Source of the DNA: Octopus sinensis
Lineage: Eukaryota
DNA: 64,000 nt
NCBI RefSeq assembly: GCF_006345805.1
Contig: NC_043008.1
Location: 310,001-374,000 of the forward strand
Direction of reading: 5' to 3'
Shown: piece by piece, positions 27,769 to 41,106 of the stretch
How positions within the stretch are numbered: the first letter of the stretch is position 1
How the letters are laid out: each line of letters starts with the position of its first letter
Program-made: the position numbers and the translations under genes
The notes under the pieces: generated by a model
Told to the model about the DNA's origin: nothing
What the model saw: the letters and a program-made list of their open reading frames with translations, nothing else
Database searches by the model: none

Positions 27769-28092
27769 CCCTGTTTTTCTGGGATCCTAACTCACTAGAA
27801 GCATGTGCGTCTAATGATTTACTCTCCCTAACTAATCATATCACTGCGCAGACTCCAAACGTCCCGACAAAACTAGGGAATTCTGGTATATCGCCTGGCG
27901 CTCATAATTTATCGAGAAATATGTAAACAAATCAAATTGCGATAAAATAAAAATAATTATAATCGCTGGTATTACTAACACAAGCCATATATTTCTCATA
28001 TATCAGTACATTAAGGCGAAATATGTGCTAGGAATACAGAAGCTTGATAAATTAAGTGAAATAAAGATAAAAACATTTACTAAACCGGTAAT

Positions 28093-28164
28093 TCTCAGAC
28101 TGCAGTTTCTTTCTTTTCAGCAATAAAGATAATTTATTTGCTCAGGGAGAATTCTTCAGTGAGA
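28093..28164 (-). ncRNA. Type I hammerhead ribozyme, array unit 4
   Basis: Matches unit 1. Confidence 0.85.
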
Positions 28165-28488
28165 CCCTGTTTTTCTGGGATCCTAACTCACTAGAAGCAT
28201 GTGCGTCTAATGATTTACTCTCCCTAACTACTCATATCACTGCGCAGACTCCAAACGTCCCGACAAAACTAGGGAATTCTGGTATATCGCCTGGCGCTCA
28301 TAATTTATCGAGAAATATGTAAACAAATCAAATTGCGATAAAATAAAAATAATTATAATCGCTGGTATTACTAACACAAGCCATATATTTCTCATATATC
28401 AGTACATTAAGGCGAAATATGTGCTAGGAATACAGAAGCTTGATAAATTAAGTGAAATGAAGATAAAAACATTTACTAAACCGGTAAT

Positions 28489-28560
28489 TCTCAGACTGCA
28501 GTTTCTTTCTTTTCAGCAATAAAGATAATTTATTTGCTCAGGGAGAATTCTTCAGTGAGA
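28489..28560 (-). ncRNA. Type I hammerhead ribozyme, array unit 5
   Basis: Matches unit 1. Confidence 0.85.
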
Positions 28561-28885
28561 CCCTGTTTTTTCTGGGATCCTAACTCACTAGAAGCATGTG
28601 CGTCTAATGATTTACTCTCCCTAACTAATCATATCACTGCGCAGACTCCAAACGTCCCGACAAAACTAGGGAATTCTGGTATATCACCTGGCGCTCATAA
28701 TTTATCGAGAAATATGTAAACAAATCAAATTGCGATAAAATAAAAATAATTATAATCGCTGGTATTACTAACACAAGCCATATATTTCTCATATATCAGT
28801 ACATTAAGGCGAAATATGTGCTAGGAATACAGAAGCTTGATAAATTAAGTGAAATGAAGATAAAAACATTTACTAAACCGGTAAT

Positions 28886-28955
28886 TCTCAGACTCCAGTT
28901 TCTTTCTTTTCAGCAATAAAGATAATTTATTTGCTCAGGGAATTCTTCAGTGAGA
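28886..28955 (-). ncRNA. Type I hammerhead ribozyme, array unit 6
   Basis: ACUGGAGU variant plus a 2-nt deletion in stem II. Confidence 0.75.
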
Positions 28956-29278
28956 CCCTGTTTTTCTGGGATCCTAACTCACTAGAAGCATGTGCGTCTA
29001 ATGATTTACTCTCCTAACTAATCATATCACTGCGCAGACTCCAAACGTCCCGACAAAACTAGGGAATTCTGGTATATCGCCTGGCGCTCATAATTTATCG
29101 AGAAATATGTAACAAAATCAAATTGCGATAAAATAAAAATAATTATAATCGCTGGTATTACTAACACAAGCCATATATTTCTCATATATCAGTACATTAA
29201 GGCGGAATATGTGCTAGGAATACAGAAGCTTGATAAATTAAGTGAAATGAAGATAAAAACATTTACTAAACCGGTAAT

Positions 29279-29350
29279 TCTCAGACTGCAGTTTCTTTCT
29301 TTTCAGCAATAAAGATAATTTATTTGCTCAGGGAGAATTCTTCAGTGAGA
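29279..29350 (-). ncRNA. Type I hammerhead ribozyme, array unit 7 (partial unit)
   Basis: Matches unit 1. Confidence 0.85.
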
Positions 29351-29384
29351 CCCTGTTTTTCTGGGATCCTAAATATATATATGT

Positions 29385-29455
<71 letters not shown>

Positions 29456-29461
29456 TGTATT

Positions 29462-29511
<50 letters not shown>

Positions 29512-29591
29512 TCATGCTTTTATATGTTTAAGCTGAAGGGCAGTGTCCAAGCTAGGATACCGCCAATCTTTATACATATATATATAGTAGG

Positions 29592-29651
<60 letters not shown>

Positions 29652-30838
29652 TAAAAGTAAGTGAAATATAAAGCAATGAAAATATTACTCAAGACGAGAT
29701 TCTAGCGTTCAGCCTGATAGATTAACCTTCGTAACCCATTTTGTGTTTCCACTTGCTCAGTGGTCTCTGCTGATGGTATTTGATGGATTCTTCAAATTCG
29801 CTATATAGTAATGTATTGTTGCATAGATGTGGCTGTCTTTTAAATTTGTGGCTATACTGTTAAATACAAATTTTTGAACAAGACGTGAGCTTAGGGACAC
29901 ATACGTGTTTTATGATTTTTAAGAATAGTAATTTAGCGCACAATATCCTTTGGCAACTTTTAGATAAAGCAATATCTTGTACTATGTCCAGTTCAGGTAC
30001 AATGGCCCATCACCAGAAATAAATAGTTAGGAAATGTGAATCTATACAGTACCGGCCATGTTGTTCAACCCAATTCCTTTTATAGTTAATGCGTTTTTGA
30101 AAACCTCGCGATTTTATAGCATTGCCCTAATGCACAGAATAAAAACATCGAGTTAATGTCTATTTATCTACACAAGCAGAAGTATCTTCTTAATCATATC
30201 ACATAAACTGTAAACTACATTAACCACAAATCCTGAAATACCGATAAAAGCTTTTTTTTTTTAATATCTAAACGTCTTCAAAATTACAGCTGTGTTATAG
30301 CGAACTTCCCTTTAGAATATTTCTCTGGTTTCTTCATAAAAACAACATATTAGTGGATACATATAAAATCCATTTATTTTTCTTCGTTTAAGGGCTGGTT
30401 TGTGCAAAACAACTAGAAGATATTTCTTTTCTATTAAACAATTTACAAGTTAATTATCATTTGACCAGAAAAGAAAAGACATATACTGGTCTATATTCGT
30501 GTCTTTGGGAACTGTCTTAATTGATGGCAAACATCTAATAATTCAGAGCAAAACTATTGCTTTTAGGACAATCTTCTTTCAGTTTCCATCAACCAAATCC
30601 ACTTACACCGGAGCTAGAATAGAATGTATTTACCCACGGTTCTATGCAGTGAGACTGAACCCGGAGTCAATTGGTCAGGAAGCAAACTTCTTACCACGCA
30701 GCCACGCCTATTTTATTTTATTTATTTATTTTTTTTATTTTATCTAGTTTCAGCTCACGAGCTGTGGCCATGCTGGGGCACCGCCATTTGATGTTGCTAC
30801 ATGATTTTACTTCACGAATGCTTTTTATATTTTTTTTT

Positions 30839-30884
<46 letters not shown>

Positions 30885-31058
30885 TTAGGGAGTATAACTC
30901 CAAACTTACAGGGAAAAATTCAATTTAGTATTAAATGAAATTTCACAATGTAAATATCTAATATAAATTTATATTGGTTTATGTCTATTATTGTTTGAAT
31001 TACATAAGTGGTTTTTCTCTAATTTATATATATGTGTGTACATATATGTGTAAATATA

Positions 31059-31141
<83 letters not shown>

Positions 31142-31144
<3 letters not shown>

Positions 31145-31367
31145 TTTTACTACCCACAAGGGGCTAAACACAGAGGAAATAAACAAGGACAGACAAACGG
31201 ATTAAGTCGATTACATCGACCCCAGTGCGTAACTGGTACTTAATTTATCGACCCAGGAAGGATGAAAGGCAAAGTCGACCTCGGCGAATTTGAATCGGAA
31301 CGTAACGGCAGACGAAATACGGCAACGCATTTCGCCCGGCGTGCTAACGTTTCTGCCAGCTCGCCTT
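31142..31367 (-). mobile_element. SINE family B
   Basis: Reverse complement of aaggcgagctggcagaaacgttagcacgccgggcgaaatg..gaggtcgactttgcctttcatcc.. Confidence 0.8.
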
Positions 31368-31376
31368 ATATATATG

Positions 31377-31532
<156 letters not shown>

Positions 31533-31617
31533 TTCGAGACAAAACCACTATTTTGCAAAACAAACAAGGAAAGACTTAATCAATACATAAAAATTTTTAA
31601 TATAAAGAAATAAACCG

Positions 31618-31660
31618 CCACTACAATCGTTTCATGTCTTCAATGACATTCGTCAGGTGG
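31618..31660 (-). ncRNA. Type I minimal hammerhead ribozyme in a ~155-bp insert within (TA)n
   Basis: CCAC-CUGACGA-AUGUCauugaaGACAU-GAAAC-gauu-GUA-GUGG: canonical core and all three stems pair. Confidence 0.85.
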
Positions 31661-31691
31661 ATTTTCGATCTCCTAATCTGTTTTAATTTAT

Positions 31692-31722
<31 letters not shown>

Positions 31723-32002
31723 GTCTATATATATATGTATATTATATAAATATATATGTGTGTGTGTGTGTTTTACTTTATGTTCATTTCTAATAAAACC
31801 AATTTTACGTTAATCCAATAGGTTTCTGTATAATTTTGTAGAGTACAAATTTACTCTTATTCTTATACAAATATTTTGTTGACAGTGACTTCTGAGTCTT
31901 GACCAGCAGCTAGGCCATCGTTGGGCTTAGTAGCCTGCAAACAAGCATTGAGTTCTCTTTTGATTTTTGATTGCCATAAATTCTTGTCTGTGTGTGTGTT
32001 TG

Positions 32003-32033
<31 letters not shown>

Positions 32034-32762
32034 CTGTGTGTGTGTGTGTGTGTCTTTGTCCGTGTGTCTGTGTGTCCGTATGTGAATAGGAAGTTGGACT
32101 AATATTTAGGATGATTGTTTTTTTTTTTTTTGGACTCTTAGACATTTTCATAATGTTGACTTAACACAGTATTTCCAGATCTCTTCCGCCTGTGAACACC
32201 TTAAAAGAAATAGAAAACTGTGTTGCTTCTTAGCTTCTCACCGAACCTTCTGACATGTAACCAAAGTACTTTTTGCTTACTAATTTGGATTAACTGGCTC
32301 AATCAAATCACAGATACACAGGCATTTTGTACGTGGGTGTGAAAGTATGTAACGTGTCAGAATGTTTGTGTATGTTTTAAGGTTGGTCTCCAGGGTTTCG
32401 ATGTGTGTATATGTGTATATGCGTATGTGCTTTTGTGGATGTCTGTATATGCGCTTTAGTGCTTTTAAGGGTGAAGACGTTTTGCTGTGTTCCTTTTATT
32501 TCTGTGGTGCGAGTTTAGTCGAGCGTCGAGTATCATGTGACTACGTATTTGTATACACAATCTGCCTGCATGTACACGTGAGAGTGTGTGAACGTGTATG
32601 TGTGTAAATGTGGGTGTCGTTTTTGTAATACACATATGCGGTGGTTTGGAACATATATGTCTGTTGTATGTATCCTCAGTTTCGTGTAAGATGTATATAT
32701 GTATGTATATATATATATATTTGGATGTGTATGTATATATATGTATATATATGTCATATATA

Positions 32763-32815
<53 letters not shown>

Positions 32816-32884
32816 GTATATATATCTATATATATATATATATACATACATATATGTATGTATATGGTATATTATGTATAAATA

Positions 32885-32924
<40 letters not shown>

Positions 32925-33014
32925 TATATATGTAGGTCCCGGGTTGATTCGGGGTTACCACAGTAAATAAGGTACTCAATACATAGCAGAGTAAAATTAA
33001 TTTATTATAGAAGG

Positions 33015-33065
33015 AGCTTCTACAGGACTAGAACTGTTTCATTCAAGAGAAATCTTCAGGAAGCT
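33015..33065 (-). ncRNA. Type I hammerhead ribozyme in a ~135-bp insert within (TA)n
   Basis: AGCUUC-CUGAAGA-uUUCucuuGAAu-GAAACAG-uucuaguc-CUGUA-GAAGCU: 6-bp stem I, 4-bp stem III. Confidence 0.85.
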
Positions 33066-33925
33066 AATGTATATATATGTCAATATATATGTATATATAT
33101 GTATGTATATATGTATATATACATGTATGTATATATGTAAATATATATGTATATACATATGTATGTAAATAAATATATATATATATGTGTATGTATGCGT
33201 GTATATATATATCGATATTCAATATACATGTCTATATATACATACGTATAATGTATAGAAATATATATAGAAAGGTAAGTGCCAATATAATATCTGTCTA
33301 TGTGATATATGTATATGTATGTTTATATATATATACATGAATGCCCGTATGCACATTTGTGTGTGGGTGTGTACGTGTATGTAAGCATGTATATGATTGT
33401 ATGTATGTATGCATATACGCATATGTAAATATACGCAGGAGCCACCAAAGACTATTAAAACACTGATTCATCAAGCAACAGTGAAATGTGTTTACAGCTG
33501 AGTTTTATTAGTCCCGATATTTTTTTTAGTACATCTTTGTATATACATATATAACAGAACAATTGTTAAAGTGCCAAATAGCCGCCCACACTGCGTACCT
33601 TGTCGTACAAGTACGACCTTCCGTATGTGTAACACTTATCCTGTAAAGGAGTGTCATATGACAGGTAAAGTTGCCATTGTACTGTTGCCTCTGTGACTAA
33701 GTGGTACCAGGTATTATAATTTTACAAAGACAGCTTAATAATTTACCTTATAAATTAGGGTCCGAATGAATGGTTTCACAAATATTGAACAGTGTCTATT
33801 TTATTGATTAAAAATCAATTTTTATCGATAAAAAGCTTAGATGATTCAAAGAGACGAGAAAAGCCTATTGTACTTTAGTTTTACATAACAATATAAGAAA
33901 TTGATAATTAATTTTATATTCATAA

Positions 33926-34320
33926 CTAGCAGTATCGCCCGGCGTTGCTCGGGTTTGTAAGGGAAATAACTATATAAGCATTTTTAGAGATGTAAAGTAT
34001 AATAGCCATCTCAATATGGCTAACCACAAAGGGGGGGGGTGTTACTGTAACTTTTTACGTATCGAGATTTAAGAATAAATTTTTAGAGAGTTACTTCCCT
34101 TATAAATGCCAAAAATGCATTAAAAATGGGAAAAATTGATGGTAATTTTTTTAATCGTAGACTCATCGTAGACGCGCGCTAATACCCAGAAGGGCTCGAT
34201 ATGAATCACAACTATAAGATACCCGGTTTTTGGTTAAGCTGCACCGCAAAATGTGGGAGTAGTTAGGAATCTAAATCGTAAGAGACAGACAGCACACAAC
34301 CTTACTTTTATATATAAAGA
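33926..34320 (-). mobile_element. Non-autonomous Helitron (~395 bp)
   Basis: Minus strand begins TC (tctttatatataaaag) and ends with hairpin cccgagcaacgccggg followed by ..ctgCTAG. Inserted between A and T with no TSD. Confidence 0.8.
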
Positions 34321-34489
34321 TATATTTGGTTAAATGGAAATTTATTATATTCATAATTTATTACGTTCATATTTATAATCAATTTGGTTCCAAGTTTCGC
34401 TTTGGTTGGAATGATCAAGAAATATACGTTGCTGTACAATAATTCTAATCTTATTGATATATTTAATTAATTCACTTTTTTTTTCTTCT

Positions 34490-34662
34490 ACTCTCTTTTA
34501 TTAATATCAGTCATTTGACTGCAGCCATGCTGGAGCACGGCCTTTAGTCGAACAAATCGATTCCAGGATTTATTCTTTGTAGGCCTAATACTTATTCTAT
34601 CGATCTCTATTGCCAAACCTCTTAACCTCTAAGTTACGGAGACGTAAACACACCAACATCGA
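34490..34662 (-). mobile_element. SINE family A, 3' tail
   Basis: cagtcatttgactgcagccatgctggagcac..ctttagtcgaacaaatcga..gacgtaaacacacc. Confidence 0.65.
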
Positions 34663-34786
34663 AAAAGAAATAAAAGCTTGATAACATTATCTGTGATTAA
34701 AATAAGTGGTGTCTAATGTATATACACACACGGAACACATACATACATATACATACATACGTACATACATACATACAAACAAAAAT

Positions 34787-34817
<31 letters not shown>

Positions 34818-34876
34818 TACATACATACAACATACATACATACATACATACATACATACATACATACATACATACA

Positions 34877-35081
34877 CACGAGGGTATGCTGAAATGTTCA
34901 TGGCTTTGGATAAAAGAGAATACAAGAGAATCATTTTGTTCAACGTATTCCCCTCAGATTCACACACATTACTGCAGCAGCCCTTTTTTCTAAACCCTGT
35001 AAAAGAACTCGAAAGATTGGACCTCCAGTCAGGCCTTTCGCGATAGCCTTAAAACCAAGAATTTTGAGAACACCCTTCGTA
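34877..35081 (-). mobile_element. Mariner-derived MITE, copy 5
   Basis: cacgagggtatgctgaaatgttcatggcttt ... aaaaccaagaattttgagaacacccttcgta. Confidence 0.75.
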
Positions 35082-35870
35082 CATACGTACACGCATACAT
35101 ACATACAAAAGTACCCTGTTGTTGATGTTGAAATTCCAATGAAGGAGCCCTAGATCGTAGTTAGAAACCGGTTCTTTCTCTATTGGCAAGACATCTTGGA
35201 AGAAAACTGAATAATAACAATAATGTAAGTGTGAATAATAATAATATGTAAGTGTGAGTAGGATATATCCACAAAGCAATATAGGACACCGCCACCATCC
35301 TCATTATAAATATAAGCTTTTGTAAGCAGTATTCGAAGGAAACTTTAACGCTTATAAAATCGATACTGGAGTCTATTTGATAGGATCTATGCGGAAATGG
35401 GATTATGTCTTCGATGAGTACAACATAATCAGTTTATGTCGGATTCGATCTACCACAGCTAATAACATTCACATACTGACTGATAAAAACATTGTCAGTA
35501 TTCTAGTAGCTTGGGGAATCATGAACAACTGAAATAAATGCTAAATATGTTCCCGAAAAATTCGTTAATTATGTTATTTAATACAGGCATTTCATTGGAC
35601 ATAACAGTTCAATGCCGTTTAGTCCCATATATGCATATATATATATATAGTTGGAATTTACAAAAACGCAAAAGACGAAGACAGGTGTGCCAGCAACAAA
35701 CAGATGTATTAGTTTAACGCTCGGGAAATGAGAAAATCCTTTAAGTTTCGAGCTTACGCTCTTCAACAGAAAGGAAACACAGAAATAAACACAGAAGAGA
35801 AAATAAAAAAGTTTTAGTGGCTAGCGATCAATGATATATATATATATATGTATGTATATATGTATATATG

Positions 35871-35928
<58 letters not shown>

Positions 35929-35987
35929 TAATATCTATGTATATGTATATATTTATATATATGTATATATATATATATATATTTATT

Positions 35988-36020
<33 letters not shown>

Positions 36021-36025
36021 TTATT

Positions 36026-36075
<50 letters not shown>

Positions 36076-36233
36076 ATGTATAAAATCAAAATAAGGGTGA
36101 AAAAATTTCAACACATGTGGTATCTATTGTTCTTTCTTCTCTTTCCCTCTGTCTTTCTCTCTCTCTCTTCTTCTCTTTGTATCTATCTATCTCTTTCTTT
36201 TAATCTCTCTTCTATCTATCTAATGCATTATAT

Positions 36234-36295
<62 letters not shown>

Positions 36296-37129
36296 ACGTA
36301 TGTATCTATCTATCTGTATATGTGTGCATGATTGTATGCATATTTATATAAATATGCTTACCTGTTATATGTACAATACATATATGTGTATAGACATAAA
36401 CATATATATATATATATGCATATATGTGTGTGTACGTATGTATGGATGTATATACATTCGCATATAATGTAATGTAAATCGTATCCAGTCTTCCATAGCG
36501 TGATTCTCTTATAAACACACAGACACACATTTACCATTATAATTCTTTTTTTTTTTTTTCATGTTCACACTTTACAAGTGCACTAGTAAATAATATATGG
36601 ATCTGCCCTCTTTCTTTCTCTTTTCCCTCCATGAATTTGGGTGGAAACGGAAGGAAGACGTCGTTCTACAAAGTGTTTCTAATATTCTAACAGAATCCTC
36701 TTTCGCAGCTGAAATGTGTTTCATGTGGATGTACCATGTTCTGGAACGCATCAGTCTCTATACAATTTAGTGCAGCTTTTTTAATACATTTTTAATGCCG
36801 TTTTGGTGTTGTTTTTTGTTGGGTTGTTTTTGCTAAGTCTGTTTTTGTTTTGTTCTTTTTGTTATTTTGGGTGTTTTTTTTTACTTCATCAACAATTCAA
36901 TATTATGAATACATTTTACTACAAATGTTTGAAACAAATTCTGTTGCTCTCCTCTCTCTCTCTCTCTTTCCTTCATTCCATCTCTCCTTCATCTTTTTTT
37001 CTTATATATATTTTTTTCTTCTTTGCCTTTTCATATATTCCAATATATCTCGTCTTTTTCATCTCTTCAAGTTGCCTTTTCTCTTATCTCAGTTCATCTC
37101 ACCCATTCCTTTTCCTTAAATATTTTTTG

Positions 37130-37360
37130 CTCCTCCTCCTCCTCCTCATCATCATCATCGTCGTCGTCGTCGTTTTCATCAGCAGCAGCAGCAGCAGCAA
37201 ACACCCACCATCATCAACAACACCATCATCATCATCATCATCATCATTTTCATCATCATCATCATCCCCATCATCATCATCATCCTCATCACCATCATCA
37301 TCACCATCATCATCATCACCATTATCATTATCATTATCATTATCATCATCATCATCATTA
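37130..37360. repeat. Compound trinucleotide microsatellite (CCT/CAT/CGT/CAG)
   Basis: Visible directly in the sequence. Confidence 0.9.
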
Positions 37361-37759
37361 ACATGATCATCTTTTATTGCCATCATATATCTTTCTTTGA
37401 TATTTTAGCTTTTCCTTCCCCCATCCCAACCACAACTCCAACCCTTATTATTATATCAATATATTTTTTTATTTCTCATCTTTTATGTAATTATTGTTTA
37501 TTGATCTTTACTTTATTTATCTGTTAACATTGAATGAGTTTTTCATCTTTTTCCCCTTTCATTTCTCATACCTGACCCTTACATCTACCTTATTTTCTCT
37601 TTAATCTTTATTTCTCTACTTTAAAGTCACTTACTAATCATTCTTATAACTTCTGTCATTTTAATATTTTTGTATTTTGTTTCGCTGTTTTCATTTTCTT
37701 CACTTTTTTTGAAAAAATATTCAAAGGATAAATTATATTTATTCCTCAATATATTTCAT

Positions 37760-38890
37760 TGCTTAACACACGCTTTAACGTCTGTATTACACATCTTAAT
37801 CCATCCTTTAACAGTTATATTTTATCCCCTGTTATACAATTTAACTCGTATTTAATTCCTTTATACACACTGTAGCTCTTACATTTAATGCCTTATGGCA
37901 CCATCTAAATGCTAATTTTAATCCCTTTATACACACTATAAATATTATATTTGATCCCGCTGATACACTCTATAACTGTTCGGCTTAATCGTTTCATAAC
38001 CGCTTAAACTCTCTCTTTGATTCCTTGATAAGCTCTCTGGCTGTTATATTTGATCCCTCTCTGCATGCTTTAACTTATATCTTTGTTTCTTTGACACTTT
38101 CTTTTACTTGTGTATTTGATCCCTTGATAAGCACGTTAACGGTTGTGCTTGATTCTTTGATCCATCCTTAAGCTATTTTAACTGATCCCGTGTTACACCC
38201 TTTAACTGTTATAGCTGAGCCTTGGATATATCAACTGTTAAATTTGATCTCTTGATACCTCCTTTCATTGTTATAGTTGAGATTACGATACATCATTTCA
38301 CTGTATTTGAGTTTCGATACACCCCCTAACTGTCATATTTAATCTGTCATATTTCATTGTTATAGTTGAGATTATGATATATCATTTCACTGTTGTATTT
38401 GAGTTCCGATGCACACTTTATCTGTTATATTTGAGTCCTTGTTTGCCCTCTATAGTTACATCCATTAACTATTGTAGCTGCTCTTTTGATTCAGCATTTT
38501 ACTCTTACATCTTTCCTCCTTCCTCCTTTTAATTGTGATAGTTTCATCCTTTATGATCCAAACTTTAACTGTTGCATTGATCCAATATGTTACATTTGAT
38601 CCTTCAGTACATCCCTTAGCTGTTTATCTGATCCTGTAATGCACCCTGCCTTTCACCCCTTGATCCACACTTCCCTGTTGTATTTGATCCGTTCCTGTCT
38701 TCTTTCGAGGCTATATTTCCTTCGTTGGTACATACCTTAACTGTAACATTGTATCTTTTCGTACCTACATTTTCTGTTATGACTTCATTCCTTGATACAC
38801 TCTAAACTGTAATATTCCATTTCCAGATACACCCTTTAATTGTTATATATAACCTCTTGATTCACCCTTCATTTATTATATTTAATCTTA
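37760..38890. repeat. Highly decayed ~32-33 bp minisatellite
   Basis: Recurring approximate unit gatacaccctttaactgttatatttgatccctt. Confidence 0.7.
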
Positions 38891-40173
38891 TTACTCATTT
38901 TTTAAGCGCTTAACCCTTAATCCTTTTGCATTTAAACTTCTGATCAATAACTGCTAAATTCCATTTTTCTATCTTTTCTTTTGGATTATTGTCTCCATCT
39001 ACAACCTCATTTTTGTTCTTTTTTCTGCTTTTTCAATGATCAATGAGTGCTAATCCTAATTCGATTTCTACAGCATCCATTTCTCCCACCATCTTAAATT
39101 CCCATCTTTGGACCTCGTATGCTTTTATCTTTTAAATCTCTAAATTTCCCCCAGAAAATCCACCAACAATATCAGAAACATAAACCTTCAACTGTGAATC
39201 ACCCCATTTGAGGGCTCAAGTTTAAACATAGCTGGTCATAAACCTGTTAGTAAAGTAATTTATGTTCGCAACGACGGCACATACGGCTTACTTTTCACTC
39301 GGCAGAAAGTCATTATATATTATAGGAGACACAAATGAGCTATTATGATAGTTACAACTTCCTACAATCAATAAATGGTGAAATACAGGGGAAAGGCAAT
39401 AGATTTGGTTTTAATTCAGGTTCGAAATCAGACCATGATCTTCATTCGTTTGTGCATAATTCTTGCATTATGTCGCTAAACATCGACATAGGAAACAAAC
39501 TGGAGACTTCCGAGATAGTCCTTTTCCCTGTTTCGCTTCATATCCCTACTCCCCACACACACAAATACTGTCACTATTGAAATAAGGAAACTAGTAAAAT
39601 AGTTGACTGATATATGTAAGGAAGGATAATGAGAGTTGAAGCCTGGTTGTTTATGGAGTGTTAACGGACATTTATGGCGTACATGAAACCGAGTGAGAAG
39701 CAGGAAAAGGGAAAGAGAAAGAGAGATGAAGGCGATAAATAGAGAAAGAGGGAGGGGGAAAATAAAACGGAATTGAAGAACGCTAAGCAGTAGGAGAATA
39801 TGAAAGAATTTAGGAATGAAAGGATGAAGGGAGGGATAAAATAAATAAGAGAGGAAGATGGAAACAAAGAGACAGGTCACGTGTTTAACAAAGCTATCTA
39901 TCAGGAAGATCTTTCCAGACGAATGGTTCTAATTATTAATGGATAATCATAATGAAGATTGTGTCTTGGAGTTCCGACTGTCATAAGAATGAAGACAGAC
40001 AGACAGATAGATAGATAGATAGAGAGAGAGAGAACACACACACACACACATATATATATACACTTATATATAAGTGTATACATATATGTGTGTGGTGTGT
40101 ATGATATATATATATACATACATATATACATATACATATATATGCATGTATATATATGTATATTATATATATA

Positions 40174-40234
<61 letters not shown>

Positions 40235-40342
40235 AGTGTAAACACATAAATGCAAAACAAGATAGATAAATAGAATTCGAATACCAGAGGGTAGAGTAAT
40301 ATGCTTTATTAAAATGTGATATTTTTGCTGCTTTTTAATAAA

Positions 40343-40396
<54 letters not shown>

Positions 40397-40422
40397 TATA
40401 TATATATATATTATATATATAT

Positions 40423-40684
40423 AAACAATTGCAGCGTGGAAGGTGTTTGTAAGCCATTTAAGAAACACACAAAAGCCGTTCGATTCACTTCAACATTTAA
40501 GTTTAATTTGTCAAAATATTTTCGTCGCTAATGCAGATGCAGCACGGATTTTTGTCAGTGAACAGATCGCGGATTTTAGCGACGAAAATATTTTGAGAAA
40601 TTAAACTTAAATGTTGAAGTGAATCGAACGGCTTTTGTGTGTTTCTTAAATGGCTTACAAACACCTTCCACGCTGCAATTGTTT
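40423..40684. repeat. Near-perfect inverted repeat, 109-bp arms with 44-bp spacer
   Basis: 40423-40531 is the reverse complement of 40576-40684 (one mismatch seen). The ORF track shows [15 protein letters not shown] on both strands. Confidence 0.92.
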
Positions 40685-40953
40685 TCGTTTCAGCACACGA
40701 TCTCAGATCAAATCACTTGCTATGCGAGTACATCTCCGTAATATATATATATATATATAACGGGAAGGTTTACGAAAATAAACAAAAGACGAAGGCAGGT
40801 GGAGTACAAACAAGCAAATGTATTAGTATGGCGTTCAGGAATAAAAATAGAACAAGTCTTTTACGTTTCGAGCCTACGCTCTTCGACAGAAAGATACACA
40901 GAAAAGAAACAAGGAGAGAAAAAAATGTGTCCATCATATATATATATATATAT

Positions 40954-40997
<44 letters not shown>

Positions 40998-41030
40998 GTA
41001 TGTATGTATGTATGTAGTATATATATATAG

Positions 41031-41106
<76 letters not shown>

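Larger units (their letters stand above)
26741..29372 (-). repeat. Tandem array of ~395-bp non-coding units (6.7 copies), each with a type I hammerhead; putative non-LTR retrozyme
   Basis: Unit starts at 26741, 27135, 27529, 27924, 28320, 28717 and 29110; units are nearly identical. (TA)n on both flanks. Confidence 0.9.

Noticed and set aside
35120-35180. Hammerhead-like GAAACCGGUU palindrome
   Set aside because: The core reads CCAAUGA and stem II does not pair convincingly.
36803-37386. Poly-Ser/Ala/His ORFs resembling transcription-factor low-complexity tracts
   Set aside because: Trinucleotide microsatellite; flanks are T-rich non-coding sequence with no recognisable domain.
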